Part shown: in pieces, positions 36,617 to 50,066 of the stretch
How positions within the stretch are numbered: the stretch's first letter is position 1
Layout of the letters: each line of letters opens with the position of its first letter
Assembly: GCA_030704615.1 (NCBI GenBank)
Contig: CM060733.1
Coordinates: 21,018,001-21,082,000, forward strand
DNA length: 64,000 bases
DNA from: Takakia lepidozioides
Taxonomy: Eukaryota > Plantae > Bryophyta
Direction of reading: 5' to 3'
Translations under genes and position numbers: made by a program
Notes under the pieces: model-generated
What the model was told of the DNA's origin: nothing
The model's input: only the letters and a program-made list of their open reading frames with translations
Database searches by the model: none

Positions 36617-37630
36617 CTAGTGTTGTGCAGAAACAAGACTAAGTTCGCCATAAGCGGTAGCTGCACTAAAATGAAGTACTTACTTGGAAATAGAGTTTGG
36701 TTGATGAAACTATTTTTAATCCTATAAAACAGTGAGCTGTCGCTCCCGGGTGTTTCCCATTCTTTATTTTATTTTTTTAAACCCTTATAATCATCTAGAG
36801 TTGGGCCCTCTTAGAGTTGTAGATAACACGCTGATGTAGTGTTGACAAAAATAAGGCTTCGACTTAAGTAATCATCACTAAGAGGAATGACTAGGTACTT
36901 GGGAAAAGAGGTCAGTTGACGAAACTATTTTTAATCCTATATGAACCGTCACCCCTACATTAGACAGCACCCTCTATTGGCTTATATTCCATGTTGAAGT
37001 ACCATATGACCATAGTGTGGCTTTCATCTATTCATCTTCATATCAACCAACATTTAGCCTAGTGGTGAGGGCATGTGACTACTAGTGGTCGGGGTCAAAG
37101 TTCAAACCACATATTTGATATCTTAAAGGTGTTCACCTTTCACCAGACTCTTTGAGGTCAAGAAACACCATAATTTACGCTTTGCTTCAGCAATACGTCC
37201 ATTTCCTACCAGCCTTGTTCAAACCTTACTATCCCCATAGAAAGAAAACCAGCATGTAGGTTGTTGGTTCAAACCACGGTTTGGTGTGTCATGAAGGTGT
37301 CCAATGTCCACCTTTCAGCTGGAAGGTAGTAGCCCTCGTGGTGAAGAGACACCATAATCGACGCTCCAGGAGGCATCTCTGTATATATATATACCCGTAA
37401 GGATGCATCATTATATATGTTTTTTCAATATCACCATTACTGACAGTCAAGTTGTAGCCCAATGTTAATGGGCACAAACCATCTCAGAAGTGGTTGTGGG
37501 TGTAATCCCCAGTTTTGCACGAAGGTGTTCACCTTCCCTCCGGAAGGCACTAGTAGCCCTTCCAGATCCACCATAGTTTACACTTTCTTCCGGAGGTGCC
37601 ACATTTTTTTCTCTTTTCTTTTTCCCCAAG
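36617..37630 (+). mobile_element. Cluster of degenerate tRNA-derived SINE-like units
   Basis: A/B-box-like heads (TAGCCTAGTGG at ~37054, GTTCAAACC at ~37100 and ~37267). Three AAGGTGT(T/C)CA(CCTT) cores at 37126, 37294 and 37522. GAAACTATTTTTAATCCTATA is duplicated at ~36706 and ~36921, and a SINE-type tail lies at 36732-36778. Confidence 0.55.
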
Positions 37631-37715
37631 AACCAAAGCCACATCCACCCCCGATTGGGATGTTTTGAGTTTATTGGTTTTTCTTTTTGGATTGGGGCTG
37701 TTACCCAACGAAACT

Positions 37716-37872
37716 CTCCTAAAAACGATGTATTTAATCCTCACCTTTTACCTCAGGCGATGAGATATTGTTGTTTATATTAGTATAAAATTTACTCCTA
37801 AAAACGATGTATTTAATCCTCACCTTTTACTTCAGGCGATGAGATATTGTTGTTTATATTAGTATAAAAATT
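37716..37872. repeat. 79-bp tandem duplication
   Basis: CTCCTAAAAACGATGTATTTAATCC... starts at 37716 and at 37795; the copies are nearly identical. Confidence 0.92.
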
Positions 37873-37987
37873 AAAAATATTATCTATATTATTATTATTA
37901 TTATTATATTGTATGTCTCAGAGCCTGCCAAGCAATATGAGGGTTTTAACTACAATATATTCATAGACTATGTAATTGACCATATCA

Positions 37988-40900
37988 CTCCAAGCTCTCC
38001 CTATTTATACTTAAAGCTAATCCAGAAATAGCTGAGATAACTATAGCATAACTCCATGGTTTTACTTAAGTTATCTCCACCTGCTATTCTGCTACAATGA
38101 CTTGAGTTACTAATAACTGAAGCTAACTTTAGCTATCTTTTAGCTGACTGAGGCTTATCTCTATTGTTAACTGTGACTTGTCAGCACTGCTATTATGGAA
38201 GCCTAACTTGTCATCACAATAACTATAGGTAGTAGTAACTTGGCCAAGAGTTGATTTCCAACACCCTCACTCAATGAGTTACCAAGTTAAGCACTTAACT
38301 ACTCCCATCAAGCCTCGAAAGCATTCAAGCTTTTCAGCACTAAGCCCTTTTGTCAGTATGTCTGCAACCATGTTGTTGGTGTTGCAATATGCAAGCTTGA
38401 CAACTCCAGCTTCAGTTTTCTCTCGTACCAAATGATGATGAATCTCAATATGCTTTGTGCGAGCATGAAACATTGGATTCTTTGATAGAGCAATACATCC
38501 TTGGTTGTCATCATATATGACCATGGTATTCCCTCTGTGGACGACCAATACTAGATAGAAATGATGATAACCATAATGTTTGCTTGAGATGCAGCCATAT
38601 ATTCTGCGTCAGTTGAGGACATAACAATTGTAGATTGATTCTTACTGCTCCAGCTTACAGCTCCATTTGCTAGCATAAAACCAGAGCCAGATGTAGAGTG
38701 TCAGTCATCAACATTACTAGCCCAATCTGCATCACAATAGCCGTATAGTTCTGTGCTTTTGCAAGCACTATTTGAGATACCATATGAACCCACTTAATCC
38801 AACTGAACATTATCATTGTTCTTTCTCAAGTACAAACCATAGTCCAGTGTGCCTCTTAGATAACGGAAAATCCGCTTTGCTGCAACCCAATGGAGCTGCC
38901 CAGGGTCAGCCACAAAATTGGCTTACAACCCCAACTGCTTGTGCAATATCTGGCATAGTACAGACCATTGCATACATGAGACTTCCCATAGCACTCTGAT
39001 AAGGAACATCTCTCATTGTCTCCAAGTCTGCAGCACTCTTAGGACTCATCTCCTTTGAGAGTTTGCAATTTGGGACAAACGAGGTATTTACCGGCATACT
39101 TTCAGCCATACCAAAGCGCCTTAAGATATCTTCAAGATACTTACGCTGGTTCAGATAAATCGCTCGGTCTTGTCAAACACGAGTTACCGATACCCCCAAA
39201 CAGTACTGGATCTATTTCAGATCCACCATCTCAAACTTCATTGAGATATCGCTCCTTGTCTTTTTCAACAGAGCCAAGTCATTAGAAACCAAAATCAGAT
39301 CATCAATGTACAGTGTTATGATCACAAAAGAGTTTACATGAGCCATCTTATAGTAAACACTATAATCAGCAGAGCTCCTCTCAAACTCTCCAGCCATGAA
39401 ATATACATCAATCTTAGCATTCCATGCCCTAGGGGATTGTTTCAAACCATACGAGGCGCTTACATACCATCATTTCCTTCCATTTTACAACAAATCCCTC
39501 TGGCTGGTCCATATATATTTCTTCCATAAGATCTCCATTGAGAAAGGCTATACATACATCCATCTGATGTACCTCAAGATTTTCAACAGCAACAAACGCT
39601 AGAATCACTCGAATTGACTCCATCCGTGCAACAAGGGAGAAGGTTTCATTGTAATCAATACCTTCAATTTGCGAAAACCCCTTTGCAACCAAACGCGTTT
39701 TGTACCTTGCTATAGAACCATCTACATTGTACTCAATCTTGAAAATCCATTTGCAGCCAACAGACTGTCGTCCAGATGGAAATTGAACAAGACTCCAAGT
39801 CTTATTATCCTGAAGAGACTTAAACTCAGATGGCATAGCTTCCTTCCAGTGTGAAGAGTTCTCACTCATCATTGCATCTGACACACTTTGAGGTTCATCA
39901 CTATCAATGAAATAGGCAAAAGATACCTTTGAGGGTTTTTCAATCATAGTAGATTGTACCTCCTCCATTTGAACCTCAACTATCTCTTCAACAATCTTCT
40001 CTTCCATTTTATCTTCATGTATTAGAGACAAGTTCTTTTTTTCTGCATGGTCCATACAGTAACTTGGAACTACTGTTTTCTGATGAAAGTTCCTGGATTG
40101 AATATCACATCACGACTGATGATCACATACTTGCTTCCAGGGTTACACAATTTATACCCTTTGGTTTCTTCACAATAACCAATGAAAATACACTTGATTG
40201 TTTTTGCATCCAATGTTGGACAAATGATCACTAATGATTTGGAGCTTATCAATGTGATCTTGCACTGAGTTTCCTTCCTCCATCTTTAAGCTATATAACT
40301 CCTGGTTAAGATATAGCCGATTGACAACATACTTCCTCTCAAAACTGACACAGAGATTATTCCATGCTTCTCTAGCGGTTTTTGCATGTGCAACATGATG
40401 AAGTAAAGAATCTGCCACATTCAACAACATGGTTCCTCGAGCGAACTTATCTTTCTTCGCAAAAAGTTGTTGCTCAGGAGTCAACCCTGCGGTTATGATC
40501 TCTCCATCTTCAGGCTACAGTTGAACTGTTGTAACCGCTTCTCCTGATGTGATCTCCCACATATCTTTATCATGAAGAATGAACTCCATCTTAATCTTCC
40601 ATGTATGAAAATTGTGACCATCTAACTTCTCCACTCGGGTATAATCAGCAGAAGGTGCCATGATGCTAGTTTGATGTTTTGCCAACTATAAAACACCCTC
40701 AAACTTTCAGATCTAACTCCAAGCACTCAAGCTTTCAGATCTGACACCAAGCACTCAAGCCTATTGGTTGTAAATCAAATACTCATCTCCTTCTACCTCT
40801 TAGACATAACCAAGCTCTGATACCATGTTGGAATTCGACAGAGAATAGAGATAAAAGATAGACTGATTATTGAGAACTCTCCACCCAACCATAGGACCAC

Positions 40901-41194
40901 AACAAGCTGTGTGTCCACCCTCCGAGCTCTCCATATTTATACTCAAAGTCTAATCCAAAAATAGCTGAGATAACTATAGCATAACTCCATGCTTTTACTT
41001 AAATTATTTCCACCTGCTATTTTGGTACAATGACTTGAGTCACTAATAACTGAAACTAACTTTAGCTATCTTTTAGCTAACTGAGGCTTATTTCTATTGT
41101 TAACTGTGACTTGTCAGCAATACTATTGAAGCCTGACTTGTCATCACAGTAACTCTAGGTAGTAGTAACTTGGTCAGGAGTTTGATTTCCAACA
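37988..41194 (-). mobile_element. Internally deleted Ty1/copia LTR retrotransposon
   Basis: The 5' LTR is 40826-41194 (TGTTGGAA...TTCCAACA) and the truncated 3' LTR is 37988-38263. The tRNA-iMet PBS TGGTATCAGAGC is at 40825-40814, with a PPT next to 38264. Gag starts at ATG 40661. RT (YKTRLVAKGFSQ, HQMDV, YIDD) and RNase H (DNQGCI, HARTKHIEI, ADILTK) carry frameshifts. Confidence 0.96.
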
Positions 41195-42583
41195 GTTTTA
41201 CCCTTAAATTGCTATAAGTAGATGTCTTCTAATAAAAATTGCTCCAATTACAAAAAAATGGGCTACATTAAGTGCTTTCCAATGGTATTTTTGGTTACCA
41301 TCTCAGGTAGAAAAAAGATGTGAATGAGTCATGATAGGACATCTCAAATCTACAAAACAAACAAAACAAAACAAACGTCACGATTCATATATTGATGTTG
41401 TCTTATGATTTTGATAATGGGCTTGATTGATAACCCCCGGGTATGTAAAATCCTAAATAATTCTAGTATTGGTCTCCGGCGGGTATGTCCACAACATCTA
41501 CCCCGCCAATACCCGGAACCAACGGGTCTTACAAAAGATAATAACCTCCCAACACTGGTTTTTTCCTCTTGGGGACAGTTATACTCATTTGTACAGTCGC
41601 CCCACTTGGGTCTTTTTATAAAGCTCTGCAGGTTTATATGTCAAATTCAGCCAGGCCCCAACTTTCAGGACATGGTTGGCAATTTTGCCAACCATGTTCT
41701 CAAAGTCAAGTTCCGTTTTTCATTTTCAAATTGGTAGGTGGCCTTTGTCCCATTTTGCTCGAAGTTACGAGCCTGGCATTGAGCGGTATTATTGAACTAT
41801 TAAGTATATATTTTCCATGCCTCATGTTAATTTGAATCATAGGCCACTCCTCTCTTTCAAGGGAAAAAAACAAAAAACAAAACCTAATTTGGACTTGTCA
41901 CGCAGCTGAGGGTTCTTACTGGTTTTCTTGTGGAAGAGAAAACTTGGAAGTGGTCATTGAAGCTCGTTAATTCCCCAAGACTGTTGAACCCATTGTATTG
42001 GGTTGCTAATGTGTAAGAATAACGGATCTGTAAGAAATCTCTCGTGTAAGCAGAATGTTGTTTCATCTTACTAGAATATTGTGGACATTCTAGGAATATT
42101 CAGAAAATTTGATTGTGCTCATCGACTCCCCAACTCCGCATCTTGGAACGGACCTCGCACTTGCCATTCCGGTGGGTACGGAGGCAGCTCACCCTCCGGA
42201 CTCACCACGCTTGCCAGCTTCTGATTAGCTGTAGACCATAATGCGCGGGTAGAAAGTATACTTGCCCATTCCGCGATGGCATAATCAGCCACTGGAAAGA
42301 GCAGAAGCCGGACCAATGATTCTGTTTCTTAATCCTCTTCAAACTCTACAGAATCAGCAAGCAAAAAAATAAAAATAAAAATAAAATCCTTTGCTTGGCT
42401 GCTAGCAAAGACATGGAATGCACTTGGCTACCCAAAAACTTTGTCAACCCTTTTTTTTGTTTTGTTTGTTTGTTTTGGGGAGAAAGAGTTCACATACTAC
42501 CTCACTCTAGGGAGTCCCTTGAAAGCAAATCAAGGAGAAGGGTGGGGGGGGGGGGATGGAGAAATCACCTTGGGAAACCCATA

Positions 42584-42951
42584 GGGTAACTGTACCTATC
42601 ATTGCCCATTTAAGACTTTGAGAAGCCATAACTTGTTCATATGATCATATTATGGTGCAAAATTTGGACCTAGGGGGAGGTTGGCAAGTTGGTTTCAAAA
42701 CCCAATTTACGAAACTTACAAAACCCAATACAGTGCATTGAAGTGTTGGGCACAACGAGCCTATATAATCTTCGTAAAACCAAGTACCATTGCCCCTATC
42801 ATTGCACACCATTCGCAAACCCCCTAAGCACGGTCGAGGGGTGCACGTCGAGGGGTGTACAGTGATAGGCTGGGATGCGCAATGATAGGGGTTTGCGCTG
42901 TCCACAGGTGCCCAATGATAGGGGTTTGTGCAATGATAGGTACAGTTACCC
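42584..42951. mobile_element. MITE with perfect 22-bp terminal inverted repeats
   Basis: GGGTAACTGTACCTATCATTGC (42584-42605) pairs with GCAATGATAGGTACAGTTACCC (42930-42951). Internal CAATGATAGGGG-type repeats. Confidence 0.85.
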
Positions 42952-45779
42952 CAAGTCTACTCATCAATGATGGGGACTCAGCAGGTCCACCAGGTCCACC
43001 AGCACTTGAAATGAAACCATGCCCCATTTGCACATTGTAAAGCTACATAGTTGGGCCAGTCTGAGGAATCCAGAAAGAGTGGGCCAAGTGTAAAGGTTCC
43101 TAGGCAATGCAGGCTCCCAGGACCCAGAGAAACCAGTTGGGCCTATTCTCATCTCAGTGCTCCAGGGGTCTATGAAGTTACATCAGTGGTGATGTGATTC
43201 GGTGGAAGAGTTGATGAACATAGCCGTGTATAATTAGTGCTAGGGATCGCCTTGGAATTTGTACCACCTCCTTGAACCGTTACATTGATACAGAGAGCGG
43301 GGTAGAAGACTAGTTGAAGCATGTGTGCAGATTCTAAGTCCTGTGTACTTGATGTCCCAAATCTGCATATACCCTGTTCAGTAGTGCACTCCCTTCATTA
43401 GAAGATACTGTGTTTGTTCTAACACTTGAATGAGCGTTACACACACATGCAGATTATATCCCCTGACGCCGTATCTCACATCCTCTCTGTGACTGCTGAT
43501 TAGCCTAATCAGCTTCACACATGCATGCCGCCCACTCATGCTTACCTCAAAGCCATTTCTTGCTTATTTTTGGCGGAGCTCTGCGGGTTTCCAACTACAT
43601 AGTACCAAGGAGTTGGAAAACCTGCGCGGCCTTTACCCAGAAGTCATACATGACATCTACACCGTTTCGGTTTTGGTGCAGTTCAAAATCTGCTTAATAT
43701 GATTGTCTGCAAGGATTCTATCGATTTCTGTCAGAAGATGCCTGACTGTACTAAGGTAAATGTTTGGCTAAATTGGGTTAAACTTATATTCTATCTGAAG
43801 CCGCCAAAGTTGTTGGGCGGTTTTTAGAGAACTTCCGTTGTGTCATTGTTCACCACTACTTTTTATACCTCTGTAGATAGGTATGGCTCCAACATCATCG
43901 ACTGAGTTCCAACTTGAATCCACGATCTAGAAGGATGTGGATTGAAAGACCAGAATTAATTGAAGGGAAATCGTATCAATACCGGGAATCCTATCTCCCA
44001 TCTCAAAGTCTTCGCATTGAATGATCATCAGACTTGGGATGTCCTGTGTTGATCTGAGCCCTGTTGCTGGATTTGCCCAGGCAGGTGGGCCCAGCCTGTC
44101 TCGGAGATCAAACTGACATTGCTACTTCGTTGTCTTGTTCTCTCCACACTTGAAACACGATGCTTGATGCAATGCTCCCGGTAAATGCACGAGCCACAAA
44201 CTATGGATTACTTCTGTGTCAGTCATGAATGTGAACTCGGAAGAATTTGTGGAGGCCCGCCTCTACCCAATAGTGGCGAGTAGATAACTATCGGAAGTCT
44301 GCATTCGACGATACCCAAGTTTCCAATAGTAAATTGAACAGTAGAAGTAGGGATTGTAGGCATCACTCTCGCTCTAGCGGTTCTTTTCACCCTCTTCCCC
44401 ATAGTCGTCTTCCATCTCACAGAAACCACATTGCGTTCCTTCATTGATTGGATTTTTCTCTCTCTGTCACTAACCAACAAATGTAACATATGACCTTGCC
44501 CAAGATCGAGCACACAACAACATGACGCAAACGGCCCCCTCTTATCTCCCCGAGGTAGTTCTGAATGCCTTAAGTTTATCTGTCTTCATGGATCCTGCCC
44601 CGTTTGTCTGGCTTTCAGGAATGGTAGTCGGAGGATATCCTGACATTAAGGTAGCTTGGATCTAATCAAGGGTCGCAATGCTGACGCCGTCTATGCAGAG
44701 GTGACGATTAAAACAGAGGTGACGATTAAAGTTTTTTGTAAATTGTAAACAGGCTGATTGTCACTGTCTGCTGAACACCACCGATTGGGTATTTGTGACT
44801 TCAAAGATTCTGAGCTTCTTCTCTCTCAACATTAGAACAACGTGAAGTTTCATGATTTGCGAAGAAGACTATGCGAAAGAGCCAAACGTCTGCTCGCAGA
44901 GTTTGAAAAGAAAGAACGAATATTTGTCGTGGTGGACATCCGACTTTCAGAAGAGTCTTTACCCTCACATAGAAGGGAGGATTAACTTCTTTAGTTATTC
45001 TCCGTTTGCATTCATTGCAATTGCATTGTGTAGGTGTGACGTAAATCATCTCACGCTGCAGTACATTCTCTTGGTAATAGAAGGATAAATGGTTTCGAGG
45101 ATCAACACTGGGTTTGCGATGAAGCCCAAACCCTAGTGGAAGTGATAATTCTCCTATCCCTCTTTATCAGCCAGAATCAAGGAGAACACTATATCTGTAA
45201 CCAAATTCATACATCTTAACCCTGGTATCTAAAGGCACACATTATGCGCACATTAAGTGCTACAATTCCCCTATGGAGACTGCTCAATAATCTGTGAAGC
45301 ACAAATTTTGGTGTTACTGCACTGTTTAGCAGTGATTACCTACGATGTGATCCTGGTGGATAGCGGTGTCCTAGGTGTAGTTTTAGTTTCAACCTCTGTA
45401 CTACAACATATGGAGTCTGTGTTGTAGTTGTGTTTCTCTGCCATCATAGTGAAATCTTTCTAACCTGCAATCATATCACTGGAATGGAGTACGGTGAATA
45501 CCCGAATGTCCTGTTTTGGATCATAAAGGTGGAAATTGGAGTTTCTGCGGGCTTCGTGGGTATGGACATCAGCACTGCAGGATAATCTTGGTGCTACAAA
45601 TATAGTGGATGGAACATACTTGTCTATTTGGCACTTTTGAATTGTCGCTTCACTTTCCAAGACATGTGGTAGGGTAGTCATAGTCATGGTGTTGTTGTGT
45701 GGATATAAGCATATACGTGCTCCCTAGAAGCCTCAAGTTTCAGTTGTTAAATGTTTGCTTCTTATCAGTTCAAGAGACA

Positions 45780-47975
45780 ATGGAATCGGGTGACATTTCT
45801 GCCACCCCCCAAGTGTCTGGAGGTATACATATATGTTACCAAGTTTATGTTGGCTTGCCTTTTAATGGACATATTTTGTCAGGTGGATGAGAACCAAGTA
45901 AGCAGCATCAGCACCGACTCTCTCATGCAAACGGTGAGAGTCTAAGATCTGCAATACTTCCTCCCCACTTTCTTGCCAAAGGCGCTTCAAATGGAAGTTT
46001 GTAGCTCCACCAACACTTCAGAGATTGTGGTGGTAATTTTTGCTTTCTGACAGCTGCATGCAGCATCAAACTCCTGCTTCCTCAATATAACCACTGAACG
46101 AGCAACATGACATTGGGCATTCCTCTTGCTGAAGATTGATTTGGCATATCTGACTCAAGAAGAACTACCTCACTCATTTGGCTGCAAGAACAACTTTTTG
46201 GTTCATGTATGAGGAGCAACAGCGGTTTGTCAGTTCATCTTGAAATGTGGTTTTACTTTGTGAGCCTCTTCACTCTCCCATTCATCTATACAGCTCTGGA
46301 GTCTTTGTAGATGATTTTCATTTTGAGAATTTAACTCTTGGAACAGGAAACCTCTTGTGGTACAGGGATTGAATGACTCAAGGACGGATCTCTTGACACG
46401 GGTACAGAACCTGACGAAGGTATGTGGTACTTTTCTAATTTTTCCTTTTCTGACAGGTGGTTGCTAACTTTGTCCAGGATGAATTAAGCTGGTGCCCCAT
46501 CACATTGTAGGTTTTTTTATTCACTGACAGGATGAAATCAGCGAACTTCACATGCCTGATATCTATAAGGCAACTGTATATTCATTTCATATGTCCTTGA
46601 ATGCTTCCAGTGACATTTCTAGAAATGAGGTGGAGGATTAAGTTCTTTAGATGATGGCCAGTGGGGTACATGCAGGCTGTTATGGTGGTCAGCCTGTTGT
46701 TTTTCATCACTGCTTGGCCTTCACAATGCATTACTGACAGAATCTATTTGGACGTTCGGCGGTCACCCAGTAGAAGTCAGACACAGTATCATATATCCAT
46801 GTTTATGTTGGCAGGATCTTCAGGAATGGCGGGAGAAGCTTGACACTCAAGTCAAGACATACCGACAGGTTGTTTGATCCCAGATGTGAATGCCCAAAAC
46901 TCCTTTACAAGATGCCAAAAACATCATATGTGGCGGGCAGACAAAAAATTATCAGCTCTGGTTCTATATGAGCTGCAAAGGGAGTCAATTTATTCCATGC
47001 TATACACAGTCTTGGAGACTTGGGGGGTAGAAGCCCCACCTACCAGTGGTCAAGACTCAATCAGAAATGCACAAACTTTACCAGCAACTCTGACCCCTTT
47101 CTGTGAGATGTTTTAGTGTCATCTTGCTCCTTGTGAGTTGACTTCACTACCAAGGTTTTGGCAGGAGCTTGGGGAGCTGAGGGACACTATTAATACGGAG
47201 GTCGAGCAACTGAGGAGTGTGAGTGTTGTTAATGTCAGGAGACTGTTCTGTGTATGACGTCATCAAAGTTCCATATAAGCAATCCTGGGGAAGAAAATGC
47301 TGTGGTTGAATGTTTTGGGAGGCTCTAAAAGGTCTATGATCTATTGTTTAGATGACTATCGTTCCTTAGCAACTAGTACAACGGAAAGCATGTAACTCAT
47401 GAGAAATATCTGAGACTCAAGTGCTGTTACTCTGAGGTACTCGGTGTCTGTGCAAAGCATTGAATTTGTGCTTGCAATTTCACTAGAGCTGTCTTTCTTG
47501 TTAGATACAGGAGTTTCAAGATTTGCGGAACACCTTGAAAAAACAGTTGGATGCCACATCCAACCTCGCTGCCATGGTAAGTGTTTGCCATTACCTGAAA
47601 CATTATACCCAGTATAACTTTCTTTCCAACACAAGTCCCAAAAAGCTTACAGATCACGAGGTTAGCATCTTGGGTGACATTGATTCTGAGCACACTGTCT
47701 TTTGATGTGGTGAAGGTGTCGGATGATGAGAAGCAGAACAGCGAGAAGTGGAAGTCTCAAGTTCTCCAGGTAATCATGCCTATTAGAATACCATTGCTGC
47801 TGTGGTATCCATAACCCATAAAAATCTACAAAGAAGAACAAATCAATCTGTTAATCTAGGTTATTTTGTCCGTAGTTGAGAGGAGAAACTTCTGACGTCC
47901 AGAGCGTTGAATTTGCAGGGTGGTCCTGTTGAGAGTGAGATGACTCGACCTTCCAACATGGATAACCTGGCATAA
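45780..47975 (+). CDS. Conserved plant short coiled-coil protein of unknown function, ~8 exons, one apparent 1-bp indel in exon 1
   Basis: Phase-0 exons: 45883-45933 VDENQ..., 46366-46419 GLNDSRTDLLTRVQNLTK, 46815-46868 DLQEWREKLDTQVKTYRQ, 47165-47218 ELGELRDTINTEVEQLRS, 47511-47576 EFQDLRNTLKKQ..., and 47653-47769. The last exon is ambiguous (stop at 47975 or ~47932). Confidence 0.75.
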
Positions 47976-49229
47976 GCGTAGATGTTCCCACCTGTGATTC
48001 CAGCCACTGTGCCTGAGTTGCAAGAATTTGAACTAGCTTTTGGTGAATCTCATGGTTCAGGGCTGTCTTCCTCATAATGATTAGCACCAGCTTCTGATCA
48101 CAGCTTCATAATCTGAAACCTTATATGATTCGTTTTACATTTGGACACATTGTTAACATCACTAGTGTGTTTTGCATGCAGACTTGGCAAACTGGGGTGA
48201 GCCCTCTCTAAAACTTAAGTTTCTAGTCTCCTGAAATGTCAACAAGCCTTTGTAATCCCTATGTACAATGCGGTTATTGTGACACCATGAAGGAATCTCA
48301 TTTTTTCACTAACCTATCATTACTCATATCGAGTATGATCTTCATTTGTTGATAACTCATACATAGCAGGGCCTGCGCAGGCTCAATGATCTCTGAAATT
48401 CCTTGTAAAACTACTTTAAGTCTCGTTACAGAACACGTTGGCCACATGAGACCAGCCTGAGCTACACTACATGAGAGCCTTTCCCCCTCACGGATGTACA
48501 AGACTTTTGGATGCGACCTGCTCTGCTCGACAAGCTCATCTCAGAGTTCTCATGCTACATTCCATTACAACCCACATGGATGTCACTGAGTATGACCGTC
48601 TAATAGCAGCAGTAGGATCTACACTTGGGTATGTAAGTGAAAGCTCCCTATCAACCTTGTTATGGATGTGTTGTAGAATGGATACATCAAAGGCCTGGTC
48701 TCAGGATTTGCTTTGACAGAGACGACTGAGATCGTCGGGAACTAGTATGCAGTTCCAGTTTTTTCCCCTCCAAACTCAATGTGTTGTTTTTAAGCTGCAG
48801 GCTTCTCTCATGTGATTTTCGCATTATCTATCGTTTCAATCTGGTCAAATCTCTCCTTCGAGTCTGTCTCTATTTCCCCCTGGAGTCCCTCGTCTTTTCG
48901 TGAGCTGTGCATTCTACTCGGCGATTGCTGCCTAGCAAGTATGCCAAGTGCGGCAGTATGGTGGATGCATGCCGACTGGTTGACAAAATGCCTGAACGGG
49001 ATGTGTTTATTTGGACTATAATGGTGGCAGCATATTCCAAGCATAGGTTTGGGAGGAAGGCCTTAGAGATCTATGAGCAAATGATACAAGGAGTGACAGG
49101 TCACATTCACTTGCGTTTTCAATGGCTGTGCCAGACTGGTAGCCCTAGACGGGCAAAGAGGTCCACGGTGGCATTGTCGACAGTAAAATTGCAACAAAAC
49201 TATTTTGGGGACTGTCCTTGCTAACATGT

Positions 49230-49580
49230 TGCGTAGTGAGGATATCACGGACGATCTCTTTAATTTTGCGTTAGGGTTTGGGTAGGTTTGTCGTGGGGGG
49301 CTGGCTCTCGGCGAAAGCCCACCGGATTTATTAGGAGAGGATAGGCCCCTCCAGCTCGCTCGGGAGGCTTGCACACAGCAGCGCCTCCCTCAAGTCAGGG
49401 AGAGTTGGGTCATCTAGCTAGTAGCATACCCATGCCGACGTTGTGTGCAAGGGGGCTCCTTATTTATACCTGCCTCCCATCCAATTCTGGGCAATCGATA
49501 TGGGATAATGATTTTAGAAGGTAATGATTTTAGAAGAGCGGTGCCCACGCCGACTCCACGCCTTCACACTCGCTACTAAA
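49230..49580. mobile_element. Solo-LTR-like insertion in the PPR fragment
   Basis: Flanked by an ATGT direct repeat (49226-49229 and 49581-49584); excision restores the PPR codons ANMY. Imperfect terminal IR (GTAGTGAG / CTCGCTAC) and a minus-strand TATAAATA. Confidence 0.65.
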
Positions 49581-49906
49581 ATGTATGTGCACCTTGTTGG
49601 TCAGGTGAGGCATTCAGCACTAAGGAAATCTCAGATTCTTTACAATTGATGGTGTGCAGCAAGGGCTCAACTCAATAGAGTGAATGCGGTGCTGAGACGG
49701 TGGTTTTGTGTGTGCTGGATCTTTCACAAGGGCAACAAGGTTGGCCTGCCTGTAAGTGCTCTTCCTAATCCGTAATTGTGGTGGGTCTTGGGCAAGAGTA
49801 AGAGAAGAGAGAGACAACAAACTGTTTGTGCTAGAATCTTATGTTTCTGACATGTTTACACCAGGGGAAATCCTAATGCTGGTGAATTTCGAGGTGGATG
49901 AGTGCA

Positions 49907-50066
49907 GGGTGCTTTCACGGGGGTGTGCTCTCAATCTCATGTTCCAAGCTTTTTGAAGCACGCTGACAGCTTGAAGGCAAAAGGTGTTGAAGCTATCATA
50001 TGTGTTTCTGTCAATGACCCGTACACTATGAATGGTTGGGCTGAAAAGCTGGGTGCAAAAAGCAAG
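49907..50066 (+). pseudogene. Isolated exon of a type II peroxiredoxin (PrxIIF-like)
   Basis: GAFTGVCSQSHVPSFLKHADSLKAKGVEAIICVSVNDPYTMNGWAEKL is flanked by CAG and GTAGAA. No other Prx exons were found. Confidence 0.85.

Noticed and set aside
42071-42110. Heat-shock element array
   Set aside because: The GAA/TTC units fall out of 5-bp register and no HSP gene is adjacent.
42950-45700. Protein-like fragments and splice-like signals on both strands
   Set aside because: No coherent exon chain or recognisable family could be established by eye.
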